Shown one piece after another: positions 8,721 through 17,076 of a DNA stretch of 32,000 nucleotides. Location: assembly GCA_963718915.1 (NCBI GenBank), contig CAVRAI010000015.1, positions 510,001 to 542,000 of the forward strand, read 5' to 3'. A model generated the notes under the pieces. That model was given only the letters and a program-made list of their open reading frames with translations, did no database searches and had not been told where the DNA came from. Position 1 is the stretch's first letter; the number at the start of each line of letters is the position of its first letter. Source of the DNA: an uncultured Chloroflexia bacterium. GTDB lineage: Bacteria; Chloroflexota; Ktedonobacteria; Ktedonobacterales; JADMIN01. The position numbers and the translations under genes are program-made.

Positions 8721-8901
8721 GGCGAGCAGGCGTTGAGTGACCAGGTCCGTGATAGTTCGCGTGCAATTTGTACAAGCCCTGGCCGTGCTGGTCAGGGCTG
8801 CTCATATGGTTACCTTAATCTGTGACCAGAAGACACCTTCCTTGAGGCATGAGAGGAATGGCGCAAACTGTTGACCGTCCTACTGGAATGGAGGTGCTAC
8901 T

Positions 8902-10527
8902 ATGGCGCTTGCGCGACGCCCGATATTGCTGCTGCTCAATGGCGATATCCACACGATGGACGCGGCCAACCCACATGCGACGGCGCTAGCCATTGATCGC
9001 TCCTCCGGACGCATCCTGGCGGTGGGTGATGATGCCGAGATGCGCACGCTGGCCGGGCCGCTGACCGATACAATTGATCTGGGTGGCCGGACGGCGCTGC
9101 CCGGTTTCATCGACGCGCATACCCACCTCGCCTACTATGCGGAGGCGCGGCTGAATGTTGACCTGCGCCACATCCCTTCGGAGGATGCGGCGGTCGCCCG
9201 AGTGCGCGAACGCGCCGCGACGCTGCCGCCGGGCGCCTGGATCTATGGGCAGAGTTGGGATGTCAACGAGTGGCCGGGCCAGCGTTTCCCGACGAGGGCA
9301 TCGCTCGACGCCGCCGTGCCTGAGCATCCGGTGATGCTTTCAAGCCACGATTTTCACTCGGCCTGGGTGAATTCCGCCGCGCTCCGCCTGGCCAACATCA
9401 CCGCGCAGACGCCAGACCCTGCGGGCGGACGCATCGAGCGCGCTGGCGACGGTGAGCCGACGGGCATGCTCTTCGAGGGGCCAGCCACGGAGCTGGTAGA
9501 ACGGGTAGCGGCGCCGATTGACGATGACCTGTTGCTGGCGGAACTGCGGCGGGTGCTGGCGGAGCTTCGCGCGCGCGGTGTCACGGGCGTCCACAACATC
9601 GAAGACGCCCGTAGCCTGCGCTTTATGCAGACACTGCATGCTGAGGGCGCGTTGCAGCCACGCATCCTGCTCTACATACGACATGGCGCGCTGCCCGAGG
9701 CGGTGGCGTTGGGCATCGAGGCGGGCTTTGGCGATGACCATCTGCGTTTCGCGGGCGTCAAGCTCTTCATGGATGGCGCGCTTGGCTCGCATACTGCCGC
9801 GATGCTCGATCCCTACGAGGGTCAGCCAGACAACCGTGGGCTGCTGGCGCTGGAGGAGCCTGATGTCGTCGAAGCAGTACGCATGGCAGCGGGGGGAAAT
9901 CTTGGTATCGCCATCCACGCTATCGGCGACCGTGCGGTGCGCACCGCGCTCAACGGCATCGAGGCGACGCTGCGACAGGTGGCGCAGGCGGGCGGCTCAC
10001 CCGTGCGACGTTTCCGGCTGGAGCATGTGCAGCTCGCCGCGCCCGAAGACCTCCAGCGGATGGCGCGGCTGGGTGTCGTCGGCTCGGTGCAGCCGTTCCA
10101 CGCGGTGGTAGACCGGTTCTCCGCCGAACGCTTCTGGGGCGCTCGCCACAAGCGCGCCTATGCCTATCAGACGATGCGCCAGTTGGGTATTCCGCTGGCG
10201 CTTGGCTCCGATGTGCCGGTGGATACCGCCGACCCGCTCCGCATCCTGCATGCCGCCATCGTCCGTCGCGATGACACACGCCCGGAACAGACGCCGTGGC
10301 TGCCAGATCAGGCGCTGACACTGCGAGAGGCGCTCTATGCCTATACGGTGGGCGCGGCCTATGCAGGCGGCCAGGAGGCGCGCCAGGGATCGCTCGCCTC
10401 CGGCAAGCTGGCCGACCTGGTGGTGCTGGCCGAGAATCCCTTCACGCTACCAGCGGAGCGTCTGGCGGGCGCGGAGGTGGCGGCGACGCTGGTGGGTGGC
10501 GAGATGGTTCACGGCGCGCTGGAGTGA
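8902..10527 (+). CDS. Amidohydrolase-3 family metal-dependent hydrolase (YtcJ-like)
   Basis: 541 aa. GGAGG lies 8 nt upstream of the [14 protein letters not shown]...[17 protein letters not shown]...[18 protein letters not shown], then later [10 protein letters not shown] and LGSDVPV, are typical of the YtcJ/Amidohydro_3 family. Confidence 0.9.
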   Translation: MALARRPILLLLNGDIHTMDAANPHATALAIDRSSGRILAVGDDAEMRTLAGPLTDTIDLGGRTALPGFIDAHTHLAYYAEARLNVDLRHIPSEDAAVARVRERAATLPPGAWIYGQSWDVNEWPGQRFPTRASLDAAVPEHPVMLSSHDFHSAWVNSAALRLANITAQTPDPAGGRIERAGDGEPTGMLFEGPATELVERVAAPIDDDLLLAELRRVLAELRARGVTGVHNIEDARSLRFMQTLHAEGALQPRILLYIRHGALPEAVALGIEAGFGDDHLRFAGVKLFMDGALGSHTAAMLDPYEGQPDNRGLLALEEPDVVEAVRMAAGGNLGIAIHAIGDRAVRTALNGIEATLRQVAQAGGSPVRRFRLEHVQLAAPEDLQRMARLGVVGSVQPFHAVVDRFSAERFWGARHKRAYAYQTMRQLGIPLALGSDVPVDTADPLRILHAAIVRRDDTRPEQTPWLPDQALTLREALYAYTVGAAYAGGQEARQGSLASGKLADLVVLAENPFTLPAERLAGAEVAATLVGGEMVHGALE

Positions 10528-10662
10528 TACTCCATGCGTATCGGCGATTGTCGCTTGTGTTGAATGGAATGCGCCAGTTCTCCCCTTGCGCCATCCATGT
10601 CATGTTGGGCGCCGCAAAGTGCGCGAGAGTAGGGCCAGAAGTGGATAGATTTGGTACGAGAC

Positions 10663-11754
10663 ATGGAACGAACACACGATGATGACCGCTGGAAAGGCTT
10701 CTTCACCCAGGAGCGCGCCCGCCTCATTGAAGCGCTTGGCATGATCGCGGACGGCGGAATCGTCGAGCATATCGAGCAGGTGGGAGCGACCAGCGTGCTG
10801 GGTCTTCTCGGACAGCCATCTATCGACATCGCTATCTCCGCGTGGCCTTTTCCGCTGGAGGAGCCTGAACGTCGCGCCATCGAGTCGTTGGGCTACGAGC
10901 TTGACGCGGGCTTTTCACGTCCTCAGGAACAGCGTTTTCTGCAGACGGACGCGCCATTTCGACTCTACGTGGCCGAGGCAGGAAGCCCATTGTGGGCGGA
11001 TTTCGTGCTGGTTCGCGACTACCTGCGTCACGATGAGGCGGCGCGGAAGGCTCTTTCCGCCCGCAAACAGGAGTGGGCCGGCAATACCGAGTCATCCGGA
11101 TATCACGAGGCCAAGGGAGAGTGGTTTGATCAGCTTGCGGGTGATGCCCACCAGTTCTGGATTGAGCGGGAGCAGTTCAAGCCTCTCCTGCGTGTGGCTG
11201 AGGATCTGCGTGATATGCCCTGTCCGTGGTATATCTGTGGCGGCTGGGCGCTGGATCTCTTCCGCGACCAGGTGTCACGTGTTCACCTCGACGTGGATCT
11301 GATCGTGCCACGCGCCGACCAGCTTGCCATGCAAAAGCACCTGTCGGGTCGAGGCTGGTCACTGGTGACAGCGTCGCTTGATGGCCCGCGACTGGAGCCA
11401 TGGCCGCTGTACATTCGCCTCGAACCGCCGCGCCACCAGTTTCACGCCCTTCGCGATGGCGCGTTCATCGATATCCTACTGACCGATCTCGATGGCGCCT
11501 GGCACTACCGGCGCGAACCGTCCATTATCCGCGACCTGAGCCGCATCGGACTTCGATCAGTAGATAGCATCTCGTTTCTCGCGCCTGAACTTGTGCTGCT
11601 CTTCAAAAGCGCCAACACCTCTGGCAGGGAGCGCATCAAAGACCAGCGAGATTTCGAAGGCGTATATACGAGTCTGGAGCCAGAACGGCGTGCCTGGTTG
11701 CGATGGGCTTTGACGGCGGTTGACCCATCACATCCGTGGATCGAGCGGCTCTAG
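10663..11754 (+). CDS. Two-domain protein: GrpB-family domain fused to an ANT(2'')-like (aminoglycoside-2''-adenylyltransferase family) nucleotidyltransferase domain
   Basis: N-terminal half: IEQVGATSVLGLLGQPSIDIAISAW ... FVLVRDYLRHDEAARKALSARKQEW (GrpB/UPF0157 pattern). C-terminal half: CPWYICGGWALDLFRDQVSRVHLDVDLIVPRAD, resembling the W.GGGWA.D...G...R.H.D.DL motif of the AadB/ANT(2'')-Ia family. Start is ATG 10663 or TTG 10651; no clear SD. Confidence 0.75.
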   Translation: MERTHDDDRWKGFFTQERARLIEALGMIADGGIVEHIEQVGATSVLGLLGQPSIDIAISAWPFPLEEPERRAIESLGYELDAGFSRPQEQRFLQTDAPFRLYVAEAGSPLWADFVLVRDYLRHDEAARKALSARKQEWAGNTESSGYHEAKGEWFDQLAGDAHQFWIEREQFKPLLRVAEDLRDMPCPWYICGGWALDLFRDQVSRVHLDVDLIVPRADQLAMQKHLSGRGWSLVTASLDGPRLEPWPLYIRLEPPRHQFHALRDGAFIDILLTDLDGAWHYRREPSIIRDLSRIGLRSVDSISFLAPELVLLFKSANTSGRERIKDQRDFEGVYTSLEPERRAWLRWALTAVDPSHPWIERL

Positions 11755-11781
11755 ACCTGGTCAATTCGGGCGGCGGTAGTG

Positions 11782-13044
11782 TTACGCGCTCGCCCCTGTC
11801 TTCTCCGCATACTTGCGGGCGAAGGCCAGCCGGTTGCCAATCGACGGGTGGTTGTAGAGGAAGAACTCGACCAGTGGGTTGGGATTCAATTCGGCGAGAT
11901 TCTGGTTGGCCAGTCGCGTCATCGCGCTGATGAACGCAGCGACTTTGCCCGTCGATTCGAGGGCGTAGCCATCCGCCTGGCGCTCGACGACCCGGCTGAA
12001 GCCGTTGGTCAGCGGCAACACCACCAGCCCAAAGATACCCAGCACAGCGGCCACCAGCGGCATCGTCGCCGGGTCGGACAATCCGTGGTAGGCCGGGAAC
12101 GCGCCGACGACCGCGTGTAGCGCCAGATTGACCAGATACAGCCCACCAAGCATTGTCACTGACTGCACGAGAATCAGCTTGGGGATATCGCGATGCACCT
12201 GATGTCCCAGTTCGTGCGCCACGACAACTTCAATCTCGTCGGGCGTGTAGTGGTTGAGCAGCGTATCGCCGATCACGATGCGCCGGGTGTTGCCCAGCCC
12301 CATTACCGCCGCATTGGCCGCCGTCGTCTTGGCGCTCATGTTCATCGAATAGATGCCACGCACGCGCGTATGGGCCTGCGCCGCCAGCGCTAGCGCCCGC
12401 TCCTTCACATCGCCATCGGGCAGCGGCGTCAGCTTGTAGAAGAGCGGCAGCAGCAGGATCGGCGCGAGATTCGCCAGCACGACGGTGAAGAGGAGCATCG
12501 CCAGCCCGGTCCAGAGCCACCATGCATTCGGCGAGACAGCCAGCAGCAGGTAGACAAACAGCACCGCTAGGATCTCAATGGGAAGCGAGATCGCCAGTGA
12601 CTTGACCCCATCGAGCAGCCACGCGACGGGCCGCTGGGTCGAGAGGCCGTAACGGTGGGGGAGGACATAGCCACTATACCAGGTAAGCGGCGCATCGATA
12701 ACCGCAACCGCCACGCCCAGCGCCAGGAAATACAGCGCTATGCGCAGCGGCTCCCAGCCCGCGATGGGCTGCCAGCCAGCGGCGAACTGTAGCGCATCGC
12801 GCAGCCAGAAGCTCAGCCCGCTGAAGAGCAGGACGGCGATCACCACCGCGCTGATGCCCAGATTGATGAGCATCAACACCTGACGCTGGCGCGCATAGCG
12901 GCGGGCCTTCTGCTGGCGGGCGTCATCGAACGTGGCCATAGCAGGCGCTATGGCGGGTTCAGCGGTTGCCCCGGCGTCTTCATCTACCGCCCGGAGCACC
13001 GTCCCGCATCGCCAGACTTCGCGCCACCGCGCTATGATAGCCAT
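11782..13044 (-). CDS. M48-family zinc metallopeptidase (Ste24/HtpX-like), polytopic membrane protein
   Basis: 420 aa with several hydrophobic helices in the N-terminal half. HELGHQVH zinc-binding motif, downstream ERQADGYA and C-terminal HPSIGNRL are typical of M48 peptidases. Confidence 0.9.
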   Translation of the reverse strand: MAIIARWREVWRCGTVLRAVDEDAGATAEPAIAPAMATFDDARQQKARRYARQRQVLMLINLGISAVVIAVLLFSGLSFWLRDALQFAAGWQPIAGWEPLRIALYFLALGVAVAVIDAPLTWYSGYVLPHRYGLSTQRPVAWLLDGVKSLAISLPIEILAVLFVYLLLAVSPNAWWLWTGLAMLLFTVVLANLAPILLLPLFYKLTPLPDGDVKERALALAAQAHTRVRGIYSMNMSAKTTAANAAVMGLGNTRRIVIGDTLLNHYTPDEIEVVVAHELGHQVHRDIPKLILVQSVTMLGGLYLVNLALHAVVGAFPAYHGLSDPATMPLVAAVLGIFGLVVLPLTNGFSRVVERQADGYALESTGKVAAFISAMTRLANQNLAELNPNPLVEFFLYNHPSIGNRLAFARKYAEKTGASA

Positions 13045-13101
13045 TCAACCGTCTCCCCGCGTGTTCGGGCGCTGATCCAGGTAGAAATGCGCGAGATAGC
13101 C

Positions 13102-13329
13102 CTACGACTGCTGAGGCGCCTTCAGCATCGTCTCGAGCACCGTCGCGCCCTCGGCAAAGCTGCACAACTGCTCGACGGTAAAGACGCGCGAGCCGCCGCC
13201 TTGTGGGTGCGCAACCTGGTACAGCCCGGCGCGCCCCTGTGCTTGCTGCACGGTGAACCCCAGGCGTTGCAAGGCGTTGATGGCCTCGCCCTCATTCAAG
13301 ATACGATCAATCCGCATAAGATTTGCCAT
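13102..13329 (-). CDS. Small hypothetical protein (75 aa)
   Basis: Same strand as, and lying between, the ferredoxin-like gene and the M48 gene. Coding-like codon usage and a GGAGG just upstream, but its spacing to ATG 13329 is only 1 nt, and 13 nt to the next in-frame ATG at 13317. No recognisable family. Confidence 0.45.
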   Translation of the reverse strand: MANLMRIDRILNEGEAINALQRLGFTVQQAQGRAGLYQVAHPQGGGSRVFTVEQLCSFAEGATVLETMLKAPQQS

Positions 13330-13373
13330 TCCTCCGCATCGCAGGCATCACGCTCACGTCGGCGATCTGGTGG

Positions 13374-13712
13374 CTAGCGCCTCGTCCGGCAGCGTGTGGT
13401 GACTTCGCAGTCCTCCAGCACGATTAGCTGGCAGGCCAACCGCACACGCGGATCGCCCTTCTTGCCAGGAGGAAACGAGCCGAACTGATGCATCGCCTTT
13501 TCGAGCACGGTGGTCTCGGTGACGGCGCTGGCCGGGGTGACCCGCACACGGTCGGTCCAGCAGAGGCCGTTGCCGTGGCAGTTGGCGAATTTCGAGAGGC
13601 CAAACCACATACAATAGAGCGGGATGCCGTTTTCGAGCGCGGCATAGCGCAGTGACGCGCCGCGTTCGACCTCGACGGTTTTCTTTTCGTTGACGAAGGT
13701 GACCTTAGGCAC
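13374..13712 (-). CDS. Ferredoxin-fold (2Fe-2S-like) protein with non-canonical cysteine spacing
   Basis: ORF 13374..13952. Start moved to GTG 13712, with GGAAGAGGA upstream on the minus strand. (M)PKVTFVNEKKTVEVERGASLRYAALENGIPLY...RVRLACQLIVLED follows the beta-grasp 2Fe-2S ferredoxin layout. The Cys pattern is C-x10-C-x5-C...C rather than C-x4-C-x2-C...C. Confidence 0.55.
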   Translation of the reverse strand: MPKVTFVNEKKTVEVERGASLRYAALENGIPLYCMWFGLSKFANCHGNGLCWTDRVRVTPASAVTETTVLEKAMHQFGSFPPGKKGDPRVRLACQLIVLEDCEVTTRCRTRR

Positions 13713-14006
13713 AGATCCTCTTCCTATTCTACCTGTTCCACATGCCGCCACCATATGTCGCTTACGATGCCGCGACATGATTCCGGGAGTCTCGCGCGCT
13801 TCCGCTGGCGGCGGTGTCGTTTTCCGCATCGGATATGCCGGGGAAGGGGGCATATATGCCCTCATGTAAGTGTAACATGGGCCTGCGAGATGGGTCAACG
13901 CGCAGACACGCTGTACCATTGTTGGAATACCGGGACCACACTGCGCTCTCAACTGCTGATATGATACAAGCCTGTCACCGTTTTTTCACGCTGGAGCCTG
14001 CTCATT

Positions 14007-14684
14007 ATGTCCTTGCCATCGTCTACCACATCCACTGTTCCCCCGCGTCGGCTGATTATCTTCGACCATGACGGGCTGATGGTCAACACCGAGGATGTCG
14101 TCTACGCCGCGCTCGTCCAGCTTTTTGAGGAATATGGCTGCGCGTTTCCGTGGGACTATTACATCACGTCGCTGGGGATGCCTGTCGCGGAGTCGCTGGC
14201 GATGTATCTACGCGACCTGCCGCTCGGTTTGTCGATGGATGAGCTGGTCACGCTCCGCAGCGAACGCGTCCAGGCACGCATAGATACCGACCTGCGCCCG
14301 ATGCCGGGACTCGCGCCACTGCTCGATGCGTTACAAGCGCGCGGCGATCTGCTGGCGGTGGCGACATCCGGGACACGCTCGCACATCGACATGAGCCTGG
14401 TGCGGTTCGGCCTGACCAGCTACTTCGACGCCGTGGTCTGCATCGACGACGTGGCGCGCGGCAAGCCACACCCCGACCTCATCCTGGAGGTGCTCCGACG
14501 TACAGGGGCCGCCGCCAGCGACGCCATCATGCTCGAAGACGCTCCACGCGGCGTCGAGGCCGCCCACCGCGCTGGGGTGTTCTGCATCGCCGTGCCGACC
14601 CACGGCGTCCTTTTGGACGAGTTCGCTCTGGCCTCGGCCATCGCCCGCGATCTTAACGCCGTCCAACGGCTGCTGGTGGGGTAG
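14007..14684 (+). CDS. HAD-superfamily hydrolase, subfamily IA (beta-phosphoglucomutase/phosphatase-like)
   Basis: LIIFDHDGLMVNTE (DxDG motif I), VATSGTR (motif II), GKPHPD (motif III Lys) and LEDAPRGVEAAHRAG (motif IV). Its last 225 nt are repeated at 16282-16506. Confidence 0.9.
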   Translation: MSLPSSTTSTVPPRRLIIFDHDGLMVNTEDVVYAALVQLFEEYGCAFPWDYYITSLGMPVAESLAMYLRDLPLGLSMDELVTLRSERVQARIDTDLRPMPGLAPLLDALQARGDLLAVATSGTRSHIDMSLVRFGLTSYFDAVVCIDDVARGKPHPDLILEVLRRTGAAASDAIMLEDAPRGVEAAHRAGVFCIAVPTHGVLLDEFALASAIARDLNAVQRLLVG

Positions 14685-14685
14685 C
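14461..14685 (+). repeat. Direct repeat copy A (3' end of the HAD gene), partner at 16282-16506
   Basis: Hand alignment of 14461-14685 against 16282-16506 is gap-free with 14 mismatches in 225 nt (about 94%). Both copies end at the same TAG. Confidence 0.9.
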
Positions 14686-14775
14686 GATCAAAAGCCCAGC
14701 ATTAGCCAATGTCTATCTGGCATCATATATCCATACTCGTTCCATTTGATATAGCATGGGCGATCACCTGAAAGA

Positions 14776-14805
14776 TTGACAACCACCTAGAGCGCGATGT
14801 ATTTT
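14776..14805 (+). promoter_or_regulatory. Candidate sigma70-type promoter for the first gene in the insert
   Basis: TTGACA (14776-14781), 18-nt spacer, TATTTT (14800-14805), about 75 nt upstream of ATG 14882 in an AT-rich stretch. Confidence 0.35.
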
Positions 14806-14881
14806 ACATCAGGTTGCTTTGGGTAACCGCCGATTCAGTTCAGGATGTGTTGAAATCGGCGTTTATAGAAAGGCTGTCTTG

Positions 14882-15640
14882 ATGAAGCGGACATGGTATC
14901 GCGCTCTTATCGGCCTCGGATGTTGCGTAATTGCTATTTTCGGTATTATTAGCACCGGGGGCACTACTCAAGCCGCAGCAAATCCTGACCCTACTGTGGT
15001 TGTTGTGCGCGATTCCACGCCTCTTGGATGTTTAGAGCGCCGAGGCCTACTCCAGGGAACTACATGGGTGACAACGTCAACATTCGCTTGTCCAGCGGGT
15101 ACGCGCATGAGTCTTGTGCAGGTGCTGTTGTCCGAGGCAAAAGCTAACCACGAAGCCTATGTGGTAATGCCTTCGCAATCAAGTTCGCGCGCCGAGCAAG
15201 ATGCAGCAATGGTAAATATTCAGGCACTAGCAAAAGCAGCCAATGCAACGTTTCAGTCTGCTAATTCAGTTGTTCCGCTGAGCAGTTGCTCCCCACGCAC
15301 CCAGTATCTAGCCATCTACAATGGCAACACCGCCTGGGATTCGCAGAACAAGTATGACATGAACGTGGACTACGACACCCATTCCGATTGTAGCGTTTAC
15401 ATCCACCTCAGCGCCATTACTGGAGAATACATCCATAGTTACTTCTATTGGGGTTGGGATCTTTATGCTTCATGGCAGTCGCCGAAGCTTTGTACGCCAG
15501 TGACCAACGGTACTAAGGGCTGGAACCCTAATACTACGCACAATTCGGGCTACTATTACGAGCAATGGATGTATAGTGGCTCAAATTGTACCGTGTTCGA
15601 CCACGATTCGTACTACAATGTGGGCCCGTTGTACCCGTAA
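14882..15640 (+). CDS. Secreted orphan protein, Cys- and Tyr/Trp-rich (252 aa)
   Basis: ORF 14819..15640. Start placed at ATG 14882, giving MKRTWYRALIGLGCCVIAIFGIISTGGTTQAAA (signal-peptide-like). The mature part has 8 Cys and aromatic-rich segments (YFYWGWDLYASW, GYYYEQWMY). GC is visibly lower than in flanking genes. No family recognised. Confidence 0.6.
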   Translation: MKRTWYRALIGLGCCVIAIFGIISTGGTTQAAANPDPTVVVVRDSTPLGCLERRGLLQGTTWVTTSTFACPAGTRMSLVQVLLSEAKANHEAYVVMPSQSSSRAEQDAAMVNIQALAKAANATFQSANSVVPLSSCSPRTQYLAIYNGNTAWDSQNKYDMNVDYDTHSDCSVYIHLSAITGEYIHSYFYWGWDLYASWQSPKLCTPVTNGTKGWNPNTTHNSGYYYEQWMYSGSNCTVFDHDSYYNVGPLYP

Positions 15641-15740
15641 ACTAAGTCGACAATTCGCCCCATCGTCGCGGGGAGGTGCCATCCGCCTTAAGAGCCCTCC
15701 CGCGATGGCTCTTATGATGCGAACACAAGGAGCAGAGAGC

Positions 15741-16169
15741 ATGACACAAAGGGTGATCCTCCTAATCAGTGTTTGTATTGCATTGGTTATTGTTATTGCC
15801 GCTGGGACATGGTTGGTACTAAACCCTAATAGCATATTTGCTGCTAATCGCGGCCAATCTATGCCTACTACCGATCAGGTGCGCGGTTCAATACAATGCC
15901 AGACGCCAATCACAACTGCATGTTCTGTGACCATTACCAATGATGCGGTTTCCCACAACACATACGACTGGCAGTTGGTCAGTTTAGCCCCAGCAGCCAC
16001 CCGCAGTTCGTCCTCGTCAGGGACACTGTCTCCCGGCGCTACCGCGAATATTCAGGTAACATACCCTGATGCCATCATGCACATATGCCCAATAATGCTT
16101 ACCTTTTCGATGCGCCCGGAGTCGTCGACCTCGTCTCACAGCTTGGTACTTACATGGCGCTGTTCTTGA
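15741..16169 (+). CDS. Signal-anchored orphan protein (142 aa)
   Basis: ORF 15576..16169. Start placed at ATG 15741, 8 nt after AAGGAG (15727-15732), giving MTQRVILLISVCIALVIVIAAGTWLVL (TM helix). It continues with a Ser/Thr-rich domain containing GTLSPGATANIQVTYP, which looks like a beta-sandwich. No family recognised. Confidence 0.55.
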   Translation: MTQRVILLISVCIALVIVIAAGTWLVLNPNSIFAANRGQSMPTTDQVRGSIQCQTPITTACSVTITNDAVSHNTYDWQLVSLAPAATRSSSSSGTLSPGATANIQVTYPDAIMHICPIMLTFSMRPESSTSSHSLVLTWRCS

Positions 16170-16281
16170 TTTACAGGTTCTTGAGATTCAGTCCTTCCGA
16201 CGACATGGATCCGACTGATTTTTACCTGTGACCAGCCAGAAGTGGGTCTGGCTCGCAGCGCCACCAATGTTGTAACGTGCG

Positions 16282-16505
16282 GCAGGCCACATCCCGACCT
16301 CATCCTGGAGGTTCTGCGGCGCACAGGGGCCGCCGCCAGCGACGCCATCATGCTCGAAGACGCTCCACGCGGCGTCGAAGCGGCCCACCGCGCTGGGGTG
16401 TTCTGCATCGCCGTGCCGACCCACGGCGTCCCTTTGGACGAGTTCGCTCTGGCCTCGGCCATCGCCCGCGATCTCCACGTCGTCCAGCGGCTGCTGGCGG
16501 GGTAG
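16282..16505 (+). pseudogene. Orphan 3' fragment of a HAD hydrolase gene (direct repeat copy B)
   Basis: Encodes GRPHPDLILEVLRRTGAAASDAIMLEDAPRGVEAAHRAGVFCIAVPTHGVPLDEFALASAIARDLHVVQRLLAG. That differs at 5 residues from the C-terminus of the intact gene at 14007..14684. Upstream homology fades after a 5-nt gap (ACGTG[GCGCG]CGGCA). There is no N-terminal HAD domain. Confidence 0.85.
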
Positions 16506-16551
16506 CATCTGATACCAATTTCGTTTGAATTGTTGTCCTTCGGGGGCAGGT

Positions 16552-16592
16552 CGTAGCGTAAACGCTACGGCGAATTTCTCCGCCCATTCGCC
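16552..16592. repeat. Second small hairpin cluster (REP-like or terminator-like)
   Basis: CGTAGCG-TAAA-CGCTACG (16552-16569) is immediately followed by GGCGAAT-N10-ATTCGCC (16569-16592). Same style of short GC stems and 4-nt loops as 1953-2163. The 9-mer TGTCCTTCG occurs next to both clusters (2162-2170 and 16534-16542). Confidence 0.35.
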
Positions 16593-17076
16593 GTGGCCTT
16601 CAGGCTACGGCGCGCTCGCCAACGACAACAACTTAGCCGGATTTGGTATGAGCTGCTGTTGCTAAGGATGGATTCCAGCTATATACGCTGTTTCGAGCGC
16701 TCTCCTGTTCTCATCAAACCACGCGCTCAATGGATGGTCCTCCTTCCATGCCCTCTCGATCCCCATCAGACCGCAAATGTTGCGAACGTTGCAAATGCTT
16801 AGTGCTCTCCATGCTCTCCATGCTCGCAGAATCGCTGGCAGAGGCACGTTTGGCCCACAGCGCCCTGCGGGTCACTGCTGAGCGCATGCGGGCAAGATTT
16901 CACCAGTGAATTCATCATATAGGACTAACTAGTGTCAGGTTGCATTACGCATTCTGTCATGTTACTTTTGGCGTACAAGTCCTCGACGAGGGCTGTCTGC
17001 TTGCGCGTTGACACCTGGGGCGCTCGAACGGACGCGGGCAGGCATTGTGTGGTGTGGAGATCGCAAGGAGTGGGGT

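Noticed and set aside
13102-13329. Possible HicA-like toxin identity for the 75-aa ORF (LQRLGFTV...GRAGLYQVAHPQGGG)
   Set aside because: The resemblance is limited to a GF...HP spacing. The conserved GSH(H) of HicA is absent and there is no HicB-like partner. It is kept only as a hypothetical small CDS.
14420-16462. Two near-identical minus-strand ORFs (14420..14641 and 16136..16462, both starting MAEARANSSK...)
   Set aside because: They are simply the antisense of the two copies of the HAD 3' repeat. They are useful as confirmation of the duplication but are not genes.
16593-16847. Short ORFs 16593..16802 (+) and 16662..16847 (-) in the non-coding stretch after the orphan HAD fragment
   Set aside because: No RBS, no recognisable family and mutually overlapping. 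The fragment ...AWFDENRRALETAY... is not enough to assign to any protein family.
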